In this document: piece after piece, positions 19,148 to 29,920 of the stretch
Numbering within the stretch: the stretch's first letter is position 1
Layout of the letters: each line of letters begins with the position of its first letter
NCBI GenBank assembly: GCA_964384355.1
Contig: CAYLLC010000002.1
Location: forward strand, 1 to 55,960
From: an uncultured Sulfurospirillum sp.
Lineage (GTDB): Bacteria > Campylobacterota > Campylobacteria > Campylobacterales > QNZT01
Direction: 5' to 3'
DNA: 55,960 nt
Position numbers and translations under genes: made by a program
Notes under the pieces: generated by a model
What the model was told of the DNA's origin: nothing
Databases searched by the model: none
Seen by the model: only the letters and a program-made list of their open reading frames with translations

Positions 19148-21130
19148 TTGGAAGATAAACAGATGTTGACAAAGATGGCCGATACCATCAGGTTTTTGGC
19201 AGCGGATATGGTACAAAGAGCGAACAGCGGGCATCCGGGAGCTGCGATGGGGCTTGCGGATATCGCTACCGTATTGAGCCTCCATCTGCGGCACAATCCC
19301 AAAAACCCGAAATGGCTCAACCGTGACAGGCTGGTATTCAGCGGCGGGCATGCGAGTGCACTGATCTACTCTCTGCTGCACCTCTGGGGATACGATCTGA
19401 GTCTGGAGGATTTGAAGAATTTCAGACAGTTCGGCTCGAAAACACCGGGCCATCCCGAGTATGGTGAGGTACCCGGTGTCGAAGTGACGACGGGGCCGCT
19501 GGGGCAGGGTGTCGCCAATGCCGTAGGTTTCGCGATGGCCGAGAAGTATGCGCAGAAGCTGCTCAATTCGGAGACGGCGAAGCTGATCGATCATAAAGTC
19601 TACTGCTTCTGCGGTGACGGTGACCTCGAAGAGGGGATCAGCTACGAGGCATGCTCTATCGCGGGGCACCACAATCTCGACAATCTTGTCATGATCTACG
19701 ACTCCAACGAGATTACGATCGAAGGGGATACGGAGATCGCACTGAGTGAGAATATCAAACAGCGTTTCGAAGCACAGGGATGGAAAGTCTATCGCATCGA
19801 CGGGCATGATTACAATGAGATCGATCTTGTCCTGAGTGAAATCAAAGCGGAGCAGACCAAACCGTGTCTCATCATCGCCAAGACGATTATCGCCAAGGGT
19901 GCTGCGACGATGGAGGGTGATCCGCACACGCACGGAGCGCCTCTGGGAGAAGAGGAGATCAAAAAATCGAAAGAGAAGGCGGGATTCGATCCCAACGAGC
20001 ACTTCTATATTCCCGAAGATGTTCTGGTCCGCTTCCGCTGTGCCGTGGAGCAGGGTGATCTGGCGGAGCGAGAGTGGAAAAAGCTTTTGACCGAAGCGCC
20101 GCTGGCAGAGCAGAATGCGACACTCGATGCGCTGCTGCATCCCGATTTCGACCGAATCGAGTGGCCTGCTTTCGAAGAGGGCGGTATGGTCGCGACACGC
20201 GACAGCAACCATAAGATACTCAATGCCATGGCGCGTGCGATCCCGGGATTCATCGGCGGCAGTGCCGATCTGGCGCCTTCGAACAAGACTTACCTGGAGA
20301 ATATGGGAGACTATCCCAACGGGAAAAATTTCCATTTCGGTATCCGTGAGCATGCGATGGGGGCGATCTCCAATGCGATCAGCCTCTACGGGCTTTTCAT
20401 CCCGTTTTGTGCAACTTTTTTTGTCTTTAGCGACTACCTTAAGCCTGCCGTAAGATTGGCCGCATTGATGAAACTGCGCACCTTTTTCGTCTGGACGCAT
20501 GACAGCATCGGTGTCGGAGAGGACGGCCCTACCCATCAACCTGTCGAGCACTTGAGCCAGTTCCGTGCTTTGCCTGATCTCTATCTGTTCAGACCTGCGG
20601 ATGCGAGTGAGAATGTCGCATGCTGGAAGCGTGCGCTCACACTCGACAAACCGAGTGCGTTTGTCCTGAGCAGACAGAAGCTCAAGACACTCAAGGCGAA
20701 TTCCGATTTCGGCTCGGCGGAGCAGGGCGGCTATCTGATCAAACGCAGAGAAAATGCCGAAGTGACGATCATTGCGACAGGCAGTGAAGTGATGCTGGCG
20801 CTGCAGAGCGGCTGCCATCTCGAAGCGGCCGGCATCATGGCAAATATCGTGAGTGTACCGTGTCTGGAGCTCTTCAATGAACAGGATATCGCCTACAGAG
20901 AGCAGGTGATCGATCCCGATACAAAAGTGCTGGCAGTCGAAGCCGCAAGTGGTCTTGAGTGGTACCGCTATGCCGATGCGGTTTTGGGCATGCAGAGCTT
21001 CGGTGCGAGCGGAGATGCCAACGCGCTTTTCAGCCATTTCGGCTTTACGACAGGCAGCGTCGTCGAAGAGGTATACAAGCTGCTGGGGAAAAAATACCCG
21101 GGTGAAAAACCGGCAGAATGTAAAATATAG
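19148..21130 (+). CDS. tkt: Transketolase
   Basis: ...IRFLAADMVQRANSGHPG...GPLGQG... ThDP-binding motifs; 660 aa. TTG 19148 has an AAGGA RBS 6 nt upstream; an alternative ATG lies at 19163. Confidence 0.96.
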   Translation: MEDKQMLTKMADTIRFLAADMVQRANSGHPGAAMGLADIATVLSLHLRHNPKNPKWLNRDRLVFSGGHASALIYSLLHLWGYDLSLEDLKNFRQFGSKTPGHPEYGEVPGVEVTTGPLGQGVANAVGFAMAEKYAQKLLNSETAKLIDHKVYCFCGDGDLEEGISYEACSIAGHHNLDNLVMIYDSNEITIEGDTEIALSENIKQRFEAQGWKVYRIDGHDYNEIDLVLSEIKAEQTKPCLIIAKTIIAKGAATMEGDPHTHGAPLGEEEIKKSKEKAGFDPNEHFYIPEDVLVRFRCAVEQGDLAEREWKKLLTEAPLAEQNATLDALLHPDFDRIEWPAFEEGGMVATRDSNHKILNAMARAIPGFIGGSADLAPSNKTYLENMGDYPNGKNFHFGIREHAMGAISNAISLYGLFIPFCATFFVFSDYLKPAVRLAALMKLRTFFVWTHDSIGVGEDGPTHQPVEHLSQFRALPDLYLFRPADASENVACWKRALTLDKPSAFVLSRQKLKTLKANSDFGSAEQGGYLIKRRENAEVTIIATGSEVMLALQSGCHLEAAGIMANIVSVPCLELFNEQDIAYREQVIDPDTKVLAVEAASGLEWYRYADAVLGMQSFGASGDANALFSHFGFTTGSVVEEVYKLLGKKYPGEKPAECKI

Positions 21131-21141
21131 TTTATAAATAT

Positions 21142-21174
21142 GACCGGAGTCGATGCTGCTCCGGTCGTCTCTTT
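21142..21174 (+). terminator. Probable intrinsic terminator after tkt
   Basis: Perfect 8-bp stem GACCGGAG (21142-21149) / CTCCGGTC (21159-21166) with a 9-nt loop, followed by a weak T-rich tail GTCTCTTT. Confidence 0.5.
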
Positions 21175-21356
21175 ACGCTTCTGGATTACAATTTGTTACA
21201 AAATAACCTCATTTCCATGTAAAACAAAAATAAAACAAATTTGTAATGATATTTTTTTATTTTCTAATCGAGTCTAAAGAAACATTTGAATATTATAAAT
21301 TAATTTAAAGGTTATATTAAAAATGGCTTTGGGCTAAAGAAGGTTATTGTGCGTCG

Positions 21357-22502
21357 ATGAAAACAATCAATTTTTTGACAGGAAATTTCATACCCGAAAA
21401 TTGTGCAGGAACCAATCGTATCCTGGCACTGGTGCGGGAGCTCGAAAAAAAGTATAAAATCAATGTGATCTGCATCAGTGAAAAGGGGAAAAAGCCCAAC
21501 GATTTTGTTTTCAGCGAAAATATTCATGTCTACTACATCTACCAGAAAGAGTATGACAGTGAAAAATTCTATACCCGTGCGGTGCATGAGCTCTATTATG
21601 CTCTGAAACTCGCGACCAGATCCAACAAATTTCCCTCCGATATGGTGATAGCCACGTCGCCGCAGATGTTTATCATCCCTTCTGTAGCGATTTTTGCGAG
21701 AGGCAAGAAGATTATCGATATCAGGGATCTCGTCTGGGAATATATCGACGGTAAATCCATCTATACGAAGCTTGTCAAGTTCTCACTCTCGAAACTGATG
21801 CAGTATGCGATCACGCGATATCGCTATATCACGGTGACGAACGATCATGAGTATGCGTGGATCGTCAAAAATATACCGGGGAGCAGAGACAAGATCGAAA
21901 AAATCACCAACGGCATCGAGATCTACAAATTTGAAGAGTTGAACCGTCTGGAGAAGAAAGAGGTGAGCCCTTTTACGCTGACCTATATCGGCAATGTCGG
22001 AATCGCGCAGAATATCAAAGTGCTGGTCGATATCGCCAGAAAGATACCCGATATCCAGATCAACATCGTGGGCGAGGGCAATAAATACAGAGAGCTCAAA
22101 GAGTATGCCAGACAGCATCAGATCAACAATATCACCTTCTTCGGAAAAGTGCATCGCGATAAGATCATCGACTTTTACCAAAACAGCTCGGTACTTTTCG
22201 CGCAGCTGGACGAGAAGTTCAGTGCGGCGATGCCCTCCAAACTCTACGAGTACGCTTCGACGGGGCTGCCGATCATCTATGCCGGTACCGGCGTGGCCCG
22301 TGAGTTTGTCAACAAGCTGGAGAACTGTACGACGATCAATCCCGGTGATGTCAAAGCGCTGGAAGTCGCCGTGAAGCGATACAAAGAGGCACCGACGGAG
22401 ATTTCGCAGAAAAACAGAGATTTCGTCTATAAAAACTTCATACGGGAAAAACAGAGTCAGAAAATGGTCGATATAGTAGATAAACTTTTAGGAGAACGAT
22501 AG
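21357..22502 (+). CDS. Glycosyltransferase, GT4 (GT-B) family
   Basis: 381 aa. The C-terminal half is GT4-like (...GNVG.AQ........PSKLYEYASTGLPIIYAG, an E-x7-E-type region). It is the first gene after an AT-rich spacer. Confidence 0.8.
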   Translation: MKTINFLTGNFIPENCAGTNRILALVRELEKKYKINVICISEKGKKPNDFVFSENIHVYYIYQKEYDSEKFYTRAVHELYYALKLATRSNKFPSDMVIATSPQMFIIPSVAIFARGKKIIDIRDLVWEYIDGKSIYTKLVKFSLSKLMQYAITRYRYITVTNDHEYAWIVKNIPGSRDKIEKITNGIEIYKFEELNRLEKKEVSPFTLTYIGNVGIAQNIKVLVDIARKIPDIQINIVGEGNKYRELKEYARQHQINNITFFGKVHRDKIIDFYQNSSVLFAQLDEKFSAAMPSKLYEYASTGLPIIYAGTGVAREFVNKLENCTTINPGDVKALEVAVKRYKEAPTEISQKNRDFVYKNFIREKQSQKMVDIVDKLLGER

Positions 22503-23492
22503 ATGAATATCTTGGTCACAGGCGGAGCCGGCTATATCGGCAGCCATGTCGTCAAACAGCTGGGGGAAGAGACCGATCACCGGATCACGGTACTGGACAA
22601 TCTGGTCACAGGGTTCAGAGATTCCATACTCTACGGAGATTTCATAGAGGCGGACTTGAGTGATTTCGATCGCATCGGAGAGATCATCAAAGAGGGCAAC
22701 TACGATGCGGTGATTCACTTCGCCGCGAGTCTCGTCGTACCCGAAAGCGTCGAAAAACCGCTGAAATATTATCTCAACAACACCGCAAACACTGCCAATC
22801 TGATCAAACAGTGCGTCAACTACGGTGTGCACAACTTCATCTTTTCATCGACGGCAGCCGTCTACGGGGAACCCTCTCCCGATCAGATACCGGTCACCGA
22901 AGAGAGCCCCACCGCCCCTATCAACCCTTACGGCAGCAGCAAGCTGATGAGTGAGACGGTGCTCAGAGATACGGCTTTTGCCTATCCCGACTTCAACTAT
23001 ATCGCACTGCGCTATTTCAATGTAGCGGGTGCCAGCGTGGACGGGAAGATAGGCCAGTCCACCAAAGATGCGACACTTCTGATCAAAGTGGCGGCGGAGG
23101 CGGCCGTAGGCAAAAGAGAGAAGATGTATATCTTCGGTGACGACTATCCGACCGAGGATGGCACATGTATCAGAGACTATATCCATGTCGAAGATCTGGC
23201 AGCGGCACACATCAAAGCACTCGACTATCTGCAGGAGCAGAAAAAGAGCGGTGTGTTCAACTGCGGGTACGGACATGGCTTCAGCGTCAAAGAGGTGCTG
23301 GAGACGATGAAAAAGGTCAGCGGTGTCGATTTCCCCGTCGAGATCAAAGGCAGACGGGCGGGGGACCCTGCCATTCTGATCTCCGACAACAGAAAAATAC
23401 GCGAAGTGATGGGCTGGAGCCCGAAATATGACGATCTGGAACTGATTTGCAGAACCGGTCTGGAGTGGGAAAAGAAGATATGCAAAAAGTGA
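22503..23492 (+). CDS. galE: UDP-glucose 4-epimerase
   Basis: [15 protein letters not shown] (Rossmann fold), SSTAAVYG, and the YGSSK catalytic Y-x3-K; 329 aa. Confidence 0.9.
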   Translation: MNILVTGGAGYIGSHVVKQLGEETDHRITVLDNLVTGFRDSILYGDFIEADLSDFDRIGEIIKEGNYDAVIHFAASLVVPESVEKPLKYYLNNTANTANLIKQCVNYGVHNFIFSSTAAVYGEPSPDQIPVTEESPTAPINPYGSSKLMSETVLRDTAFAYPDFNYIALRYFNVAGASVDGKIGQSTKDATLLIKVAAEAAVGKREKMYIFGDDYPTEDGTCIRDYIHVEDLAAAHIKALDYLQEQKKSGVFNCGYGHGFSVKEVLETMKKVSGVDFPVEIKGRRAGDPAILISDNRKIREVMGWSPKYDDLELICRTGLEWEKKICKK

Positions 23493-24619
23493 TGCTGGTC
23501 TTCGGGACGAGACCCGAAGCGATCAAAATGGCACCCCTGGTCAAAGCGTTTGAAGCGAGTGGAGATTTCGAGACGATCGTCTGTGTGACGGCGCAGCACC
23601 GGCAGATGCTCGATCAGGTGCTCGATCTCTTCGAGATAGTGCCCGATTACGATCTCGATATCATGAAGCCGGGACAGAATCTCTATGAAGTGACTTCCAA
23701 TATCCTGATGGGCCTCAAAGGGGTCTTCGAAGAGGCGAAACCGGATATCGTTCTGGTACATGGCGATACCACCACGACGCTGGCGACTTCTCTGGCGGCA
23801 TTTTATCAGCAGATCCCTGTCGGGCATGTCGAAGCAGGGCTTCGCACCGGCAATATCTACTCCCCGTGGCCCGAAGAGGGCAACCGTCAGGTGACCGGCA
23901 GGCTGGCGACATATCACTTTGCACCGACTGAAGAGAGCCGTTCTAATCTTCTGAAAGAAAATGTCGATATAGAGCATGTAATCGTAACAGGCAATACTGT
24001 GATCGATGCACTCGTCAGTGTGGTTTCGAAAATCCGGAATGATCAAAATCTGGAAGAGAAACTGCAAAAGATTGTCGCCCAAAAAGGGTACGATGTCGAC
24101 AAAGCCAGAAAATTGGTTCTGGTGACCGGCCATAGACGGGAAAATTTTGGACAGGGATTTTTGAATATCTGTGAAGCACTCAAAGAGGTGGCCAGCCGGT
24201 ACCCGGATGCAGATATCGTCTATCCCGTCCATCTCAATCCCAATGTCCAGCAGCCGGTCAAAGAGATTCTTTCGGATGTCAGCAATGTCTATCTGATCGA
24301 TCCTCTCGACTATGAGCCGTTTGTCTATCTGATGTCCCATGCCTACTTTATCCTCACGGACAGTGGCGGGATCCAGGAAGAGGCGCCGAGTCTGGGCAAG
24401 CCTGTACTGGTGATGCGGGATACCACCGAGAGACCCGAAGCCGTGAAAGCGGGCACGGTCAGACTGGTGGGTACGGACAGAGAGGCGATTGTCGACGCAT
24501 GCGTGGAGCTCTTTGAAGAGCCGGCACGATACGAGGCGATGTCGAAATCACACAATCCTTACGGAGATGGTAAAGCCTGTATGCGAATCGTGGAGTTTTT
24601 AAAAGGAAAAGAGAGATGA
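23480..24619 (+). CDS. wecB: UDP-N-acetylglucosamine 2-epimerase (non-hydrolysing)
   Basis: [20 protein letters not shown]...VHGDTTT...[28 protein letters not shown] are hallmark WecB motifs. ATG 23480 overlaps the galE end by 13 nt. Confidence 0.93.
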   Translation: MQKVMLVFGTRPEAIKMAPLVKAFEASGDFETIVCVTAQHRQMLDQVLDLFEIVPDYDLDIMKPGQNLYEVTSNILMGLKGVFEEAKPDIVLVHGDTTTTLATSLAAFYQQIPVGHVEAGLRTGNIYSPWPEEGNRQVTGRLATYHFAPTEESRSNLLKENVDIEHVIVTGNTVIDALVSVVSKIRNDQNLEEKLQKIVAQKGYDVDKARKLVLVTGHRRENFGQGFLNICEALKEVASRYPDADIVYPVHLNPNVQQPVKEILSDVSNVYLIDPLDYEPFVYLMSHAYFILTDSGGIQEEAPSLGKPVLVMRDTTERPEAVKAGTVRLVGTDREAIVDACVELFEEPARYEAMSKSHNPYGDGKACMRIVEFLKGKER

Positions 24620-25842
24620 AAATATCGAAAATATGTGTGATGGGATTGGGCTACATCGGATTGCCGACCGCTTCGCTGCTTGCCAACAGAGGCTATAAAG
24701 TACATGGTGTCGATGTGGTACAGAAGACGGTCGATACGATCAATGCCGGTAAAATCCATATCGTGGAGCCCGATCTGGACACATTCGTGCAGTCCGCGGT
24801 CAAATCGGGCAACCTCGTAGCCGATACCCTGCCTGCGGAGGCCGATGTCTTTATCATCGCCGTGCCGACACCGTTCAAAGCGCATCATGTGCCCAATGTC
24901 GACTATATCGTTTCGGCGACCAAAAGCATCGCTCCCTATGTCAAAAAGGGCAATATCGTCATTCTGGAGTCCACTTCGCCGGTCGGGACGACCGATCTGA
25001 TCGAAGAAACACTGAGAAACGAAGGGATCGATACGAGCGGTATCCATTTCGCACACTGTCCGGAGCGTGTCCTGCCCGGCAAAATCATGCATGAGCTGGT
25101 GCACAACGACAGAATCGTCGGCGGAACCACACCCGAAGCGACCAGAGAGACGGCGGATTTTTACAAGACATTCGTCACCGGTGCGGTACTCGAGACCGAT
25201 GCGAGAACTGCCGAGATGGCCAAACTGACGGAGAACAGTTTCAGAGACGTCAATATCGCTTTTGCCAATGAGCTCTCGATGCTGTGTGACCAGTTCGGCA
25301 TCGATGTCTGGGAGTTGATCGATCTGGCCAACCGGCATCCCCGTGTCAATATCCTGCAGCCCGGATGCGGTGTCGGCGGCCACTGCATCGCAGTCGATCC
25401 GTGGTTTATCGTCGATGCAGCCAAGGGGAGCGCGAAGATCATCAAAACGGCACGCGAAGTCAACGACTACAAATCGGAATGGGTGGTCGAAAAGGTCAAA
25501 AACAGTGTCCTGGAATTCGAGAAGCGTGCGGGCAGAGAGGCGAAAGTCGCCTGCATGGGACTCGCATTCAAGCCCGATATCGACGATCTGCGCGAATCTC
25601 CGGCCGTCTATATCACCAAAAGGCTGATCGCGGATAAGATCGATGTGCTTCCCGTCGAGCCCAATATCGGGAGCCACAGCGAATTTGCGCTTGTACCCTA
25701 CACGGAAGCGATCGAAGAAGCGGATATTATCGTATTTCTCGTCAGTCACAAAGAGTTTCACGATATCGAAATCGATGCGGATAAAGAGGTATTGACGTTT
25801 TGTAAACTACATGTAAAACAGAAAACGCCGATTGCGCAGTAA
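24616..25842 (+). CDS. wecC: UDP-N-acetyl-D-mannosamine dehydrogenase
   Basis: UDP-sugar dehydrogenase fold ([14 protein letters not shown], catalytic ...GGHCI...) placed directly after wecB. The start overlaps the wecB stop. Confidence 0.85.
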   Translation: MKISKICVMGLGYIGLPTASLLANRGYKVHGVDVVQKTVDTINAGKIHIVEPDLDTFVQSAVKSGNLVADTLPAEADVFIIAVPTPFKAHHVPNVDYIVSATKSIAPYVKKGNIVILESTSPVGTTDLIEETLRNEGIDTSGIHFAHCPERVLPGKIMHELVHNDRIVGGTTPEATRETADFYKTFVTGAVLETDARTAEMAKLTENSFRDVNIAFANELSMLCDQFGIDVWELIDLANRHPRVNILQPGCGVGGHCIAVDPWFIVDAAKGSAKIIKTAREVNDYKSEWVVEKVKNSVLEFEKRAGREAKVACMGLAFKPDIDDLRESPAVYITKRLIADKIDVLPVEPNIGSHSEFALVPYTEAIEEADIIVFLVSHKEFHDIEIDADKEVLTFCKLHVKQKTPIAQ

Positions 25843-25863
25843 GAAGCGGCAAAAAGGAAAAGA

Positions 25864-27057
25864 ATGGGTTTCAGGCTGATAAAGGATATTTCGCTATTTC
25901 TGCTTGTGTTCGCGGTCATCAACGACGATTTTGTGGTAGATAAAGTAGCAGGAGAAAATGCACTGAAGGCGGTTTTTGCCTTTTTCCTGCTTGTAAATGC
26001 CAAAGATATATTTTTAGCTTTTGTCAGTCCAAAAAACCTTGTTATGAAACTGTTTTATCTCTTTATTTCAGTATTCGCGATTATTGTTTTTGTCAATGTC
26101 ATGACGGAAGTGATTACGCTCACGCAGGGCCTTTTTGTACTGATCCCTGTATTGACGATTTTTCTCTTCGTGAGCTATTATGACGATTTTGAAAAACTGC
26201 TCTATTTTATATGGTTCAGTACGATCGTTTCCTCGATCATTCTGGCATTCAGCGAGCCTATTACCCAATGGACATTCAGGCGTACGGGCGGTACGGGTGA
26301 CCCCAATGAGTTTGCGGCGCATATACTGGTGGCGATCGCTATAACGATCTATCTCTTTTACAAAAACGGCCGCTATCTTTTTCTCTTTCCTTCTCTGGCA
26401 CTCTATGCGTATGCGCTTCTGTATGCGGGATCGAAATCCTCCTTTCTGACACTGGCATTTTTGATTGTGTTCGCCATAGTCGTCAAGTTCAGATTTTTGC
26501 TCAGAAAGCTCTTCTCTTTGCGTGTTTTACTGGGGATTGTTATCGCGGGTGTCGTGCTGGCTTCACTGGATATTTCCCAGTGGACTGCCGTCAAGGGTCT
26601 GGAGCAGCGTGCCAAGTCCAGCGGTACTGCAAAAACACGATTCGTATCATGGAATGCCGGCGTGCGTATGACCAGAGACAATTTTCTGACCGGTGTGGGA
26701 GCCGAACAGTACGAGAAGCATGCCAGAGAGTATGCGACCGATTTTATTGCCGAAGGCTCTTTTGCACCGCACAATTTTCTGATCAAAATGATTGCAGAGA
26801 ACGGTATATTGCCTTTTCTGGCACTCATCATCTTTTTGGCCGCACTCTTTATGGCAGATTTCAGAAAAATTATGTACAGCGACTATTTCTGGATCTATAT
26901 TGCCGCACTCTCGACCGTCTTGATGGGATTGACATTGTCGATGACCTATGAGAAATATTTCTGGCTCTTCCTGGGGCTGTTGTCGCATGTGCATCTGGCG
27001 TTGTGGTATGAAGAACAAGAGGAGACAGATGATGAAGATCATGCATATCTTGCCTAG
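25864..27057 (+). CDS. O-antigen ligase/polymerase-family (Wzy-like) integral membrane protein
   Basis: 397 aa with about 10 or more hydrophobic segments and a larger loop (aa ~245-300, ...FVSWNAGVRMTRDNFLTGVGAEQYEKH...) typical of the O-antigen ligase/Wzy_C family. The gene looks AT-richer than its neighbours by eye. Confidence 0.7.
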   Translation: MGFRLIKDISLFLLVFAVINDDFVVDKVAGENALKAVFAFFLLVNAKDIFLAFVSPKNLVMKLFYLFISVFAIIVFVNVMTEVITLTQGLFVLIPVLTIFLFVSYYDDFEKLLYFIWFSTIVSSIILAFSEPITQWTFRRTGGTGDPNEFAAHILVAIAITIYLFYKNGRYLFLFPSLALYAYALLYAGSKSSFLTLAFLIVFAIVVKFRFLLRKLFSLRVLLGIVIAGVVLASLDISQWTAVKGLEQRAKSSGTAKTRFVSWNAGVRMTRDNFLTGVGAEQYEKHAREYATDFIAEGSFAPHNFLIKMIAENGILPFLALIIFLAALFMADFRKIMYSDYFWIYIAALSTVLMGLTLSMTYEKYFWLFLGLLSHVHLALWYEEQEETDDEDHAYLA

Positions 27058-28135
27058 CCTCTATACCGGCGGTGCGGAAAAATTCTGTATTGATGTATGC
27101 AATGAACTGGCAAGAAACAGAGAGAACGAAGTCTATCTCTGCTCCCTGGAGAAGATGAACGACAGACAGCGCATCATGTTCGACAAGATCGGTCCGGATG
27201 TCCATTTTCTGTCGATGAACAAAGTGGGTAAACACCCTACGCTGATGTTCGATATCTACAAGATGCTCAGGGAGATCAAACCGGACATCGTACATACCCA
27301 TCTGCGAGCGCAGGTCTATGCCGCGTTCGGATTGATCGCCAACAAAATTCCCAATATCCATACGGTACACAGTCTCGCGACCAAAGAGACGACGGCCGGA
27401 AAGCGTAAACTCTATGCCATGCTCTATCGCTATTTCGATTTCACACCGGTATCGATCAGCGAAGAGGTGAAACGATCTGTACAGCAGGAGTACGGAGCGC
27501 AGTTTGACATCGAGATCGATAACGGTGTGCAGGGTTTGTCACCTACAGAAAAATTCGATGAGACGAAGGCGTATGTCGACGCATTGAAAAAAGGGGATCA
27601 GACTAAGATATTCGTCAATATCGGGCGTGTCTATCCCGTCAAAAATCAGAAGCTGCTTATCGGGGCATTTGACCGGTTGATAGATCGGGGTGTCGATGCA
27701 CAACTGTTGATCATCGGGTCACGCCGGATTGTACCGGAGTATGCGAAAGAGGCCGAAGCGATGGTGCGTCATACCGATCGTATACATTTTCTGGATGAGA
27801 AGAGCAATGTCGCCGACTATCTGCTCTGTGCGGATGCTTTCTGTCTCTCATCGAGTCATGAAGGTATGCCGATGACGATACTCGAAGCGATGTCGATAGG
27901 TTTGCCGACGATTGCCACACCCGTAGGCGGTATTCCCGATATTATCGATGACGGTATCAATGGATTTATTGCAAAAGATTTGAGCGAAGAAGCTTTTGCG
28001 GAGGCTATGACGCGTTTTTTGAATATGAAGAAGATCGACAAAGAGGCGATAGTGGATAAATTTGAGACGCACTATTCCATTGCGATTACGACGGAAAGAT
28101 ACTACAGACTTTACCAAAAGATTTTGAACCGCTGA
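27029..28135 (+). CDS. Glycosyltransferase, GT4 family
   Basis: MMKIMHILPSLYTGGAEKF... and ...SSSHEGMPMTILEAMSIGLPTIATPVGGIPDII are classic GT4 motifs. An AAGAGGAG RBS precedes ATG 27029; the ORF-track start at 26948 lies inside the previous gene. Confidence 0.85.
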   Translation: MMKIMHILPSLYTGGAEKFCIDVCNELARNRENEVYLCSLEKMNDRQRIMFDKIGPDVHFLSMNKVGKHPTLMFDIYKMLREIKPDIVHTHLRAQVYAAFGLIANKIPNIHTVHSLATKETTAGKRKLYAMLYRYFDFTPVSISEEVKRSVQQEYGAQFDIEIDNGVQGLSPTEKFDETKAYVDALKKGDQTKIFVNIGRVYPVKNQKLLIGAFDRLIDRGVDAQLLIIGSRRIVPEYAKEAEAMVRHTDRIHFLDEKSNVADYLLCADAFCLSSSHEGMPMTILEAMSIGLPTIATPVGGIPDIIDDGINGFIAKDLSEEAFAEAMTRFLNMKKIDKEAIVDKFETHYSIAITTERYYRLYQKILNR

Positions 28136-29742
28136 TGACTTTTAGACAACTCGAAATCTATTTTCATACGCTGCGTTATATGAAGATGAAGCAGATTGCC
28201 TATAGGGCATGGTATATGCTGCGAAACAGAGTGCGTATGAAAACGGGATTCCGATACACCATGTCTATGGATTCGTTGCGTCATGAGCTCATGTTGATTC
28301 CTTCGATTCCGGCACCGGTATCCTTTCGGTCGGATGGCACCGAAAGCCGTTTCAGCTTCCTCAATCTCTCCCATACATTTGCCGATCGTATCGACTGGAA
28401 CTACAGTGATCCGGGCAAGCTCTGGACCTATAATCTGAACTACTTCGACTATCTTATGCAACCCGATATGACAAGAGAGCAGGGGATCGGGCTGATACGC
28501 GCATACATAGCAGACATCAGACTGGCCAAAGATGGTTTGGAGCCGTTTCCGATCGCGCTGCGCGGGATCAACTGGATCAAGTTTCTGAGTCGACATGAGG
28601 TTCGTGATAAAACGATAGACGATGCACTGTTGGCTCAATACTATATACTGCTCGATAATCTGGAGTACCATCTGCTTGGCAACCATCTGCTGGAGAACGG
28701 ATTTTCACTCCTTTTCGGTGCTTTCTATTTCGGAGATGAGAAGCTGTTCCTGAAAGCAAAAGAGATTCTGGAAGAGGAGCTTGCGGAGCAGATTCTGCCG
28801 GATGGTGCCCATTTTGAGCTTACGCCGATGTACCATCAGATCATGCTCTTTCGGGTTCTCGACTGCTGCAATCTGATGCAGCACAATCGTGTCTTTGAAG
28901 ATCTCCGGCTGCAGGATTTACTGAAGGAGAAGGCTTCCGTCATGCTGGGTTGGCTGGAGCATATCACTTTTCGGGATGGGACGATACCGCACCTGAACGA
29001 TTCTGCCGAGGGTATTGCGCCGACGACTTCGGCACTGCAGGAATATGCCGGAAATCTGGGGATAGAGACGCTGCATCGTCCATTGCAAGAGTGCGGTTAT
29101 CGCAGGTTTTCGGGCGAGAGATACGAAATGATCGTCGATGTCGGAAATATCGGACCGGACTATATCCCGGGACATGCACACAGCGATACATTCAATTTCG
29201 TACTGTCGGTCGATGAGAAGCCGCTGATCGTCGATACGGGTATCAGTACTTACGAGAACAATGCCAGACGACACTACGAGAGGTCGACGGCAGCCCACAA
29301 TACGGTCGAAGTGAACGGGGTGGATCAGAGTGAAGCATGGTCGAGTTTTCGCGTAGCGAGGCGGGCAAAGATCACGGAGATTGTCGAGACCGATGCGTCT
29401 GTCCGTGCAACCCATGATGGATATCAGCGTATCGGTGTGCTGCATACAAGACAATTTGAGAGCTTCGACAGCAAAATAGAAATCAAAGATTTTGTATCTT
29501 CCCAAGGTGCAGCAGTGCGTGAGGCCATCGCTTTTCTCCATTTCGCCCCGGCTGTAGAGCCGAGACTCGAGAATGGCGGAAAGATATTGACAGATCAGGC
29601 AATTTTTTCATTTGAGGGTTTAAAAAGTGTGGAAATTGTCGATATTACTATTGCAGAAGGTTACAATCGTCTCGTCGAATCGAAAGCGGCAAAACTTTTT
29701 TTCCAAAAAGAGCTGCTGACGAGGATCGAGATTGTTTCGTAA
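28135..29742 (+). CDS. Heparinase II/III-like (polysaccharide lyase fold) family protein
   Basis: 535 aa. ...GNHLLENG... in the N-terminal half and ...PGHAHSDTFNFVL... in the C-terminal half resemble the Hepar_II_III family. The start overlaps the GT4 stop (TGATG). Confidence 0.65.
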   Translation: MTFRQLEIYFHTLRYMKMKQIAYRAWYMLRNRVRMKTGFRYTMSMDSLRHELMLIPSIPAPVSFRSDGTESRFSFLNLSHTFADRIDWNYSDPGKLWTYNLNYFDYLMQPDMTREQGIGLIRAYIADIRLAKDGLEPFPIALRGINWIKFLSRHEVRDKTIDDALLAQYYILLDNLEYHLLGNHLLENGFSLLFGAFYFGDEKLFLKAKEILEEELAEQILPDGAHFELTPMYHQIMLFRVLDCCNLMQHNRVFEDLRLQDLLKEKASVMLGWLEHITFRDGTIPHLNDSAEGIAPTTSALQEYAGNLGIETLHRPLQECGYRRFSGERYEMIVDVGNIGPDYIPGHAHSDTFNFVLSVDEKPLIVDTGISTYENNARRHYERSTAAHNTVEVNGVDQSEAWSSFRVARRAKITEIVETDASVRATHDGYQRIGVLHTRQFESFDSKIEIKDFVSSQGAAVREAIAFLHFAPAVEPRLENGGKILTDQAIFSFEGLKSVEIVDITIAEGYNRLVESKAAKLFFQKELLTRIEIVS

Positions 29743-29911
29743 AATAATTTTAGATTTTTACTTTTTATAAAGTAAATGTTAATATATTTAATTATAGAAT
29801 AAAAATCTAAGAAAGTTTTAAAAGGGCGTTATTGAAGTTGTGTCAATTGTATGCATCTTGTGTTAAGAGTTAAATAAAAATTTACCTTTTAATTTTAAAA
29901 TAATATTTGTC

Positions 29912-29920
29912 TTGTATAAT
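29912..29920 (+). promoter_or_regulatory. Candidate -10 element for the wza-wzc-wecA unit
   Basis: TTGTATAAT in a very AT-rich spacer, 35 nt upstream of the wza ATG. Confidence 0.3.

Noticed and set aside
18503-21037. 844-aa minus-strand ORF spanning ispA and tkt
   Set aside because: It is codon-aligned antisense to two well-supported genes that share a frame and runs straight through their 15-nt intergenic spacer. It has no domain-like sequence and is a shadow ORF.
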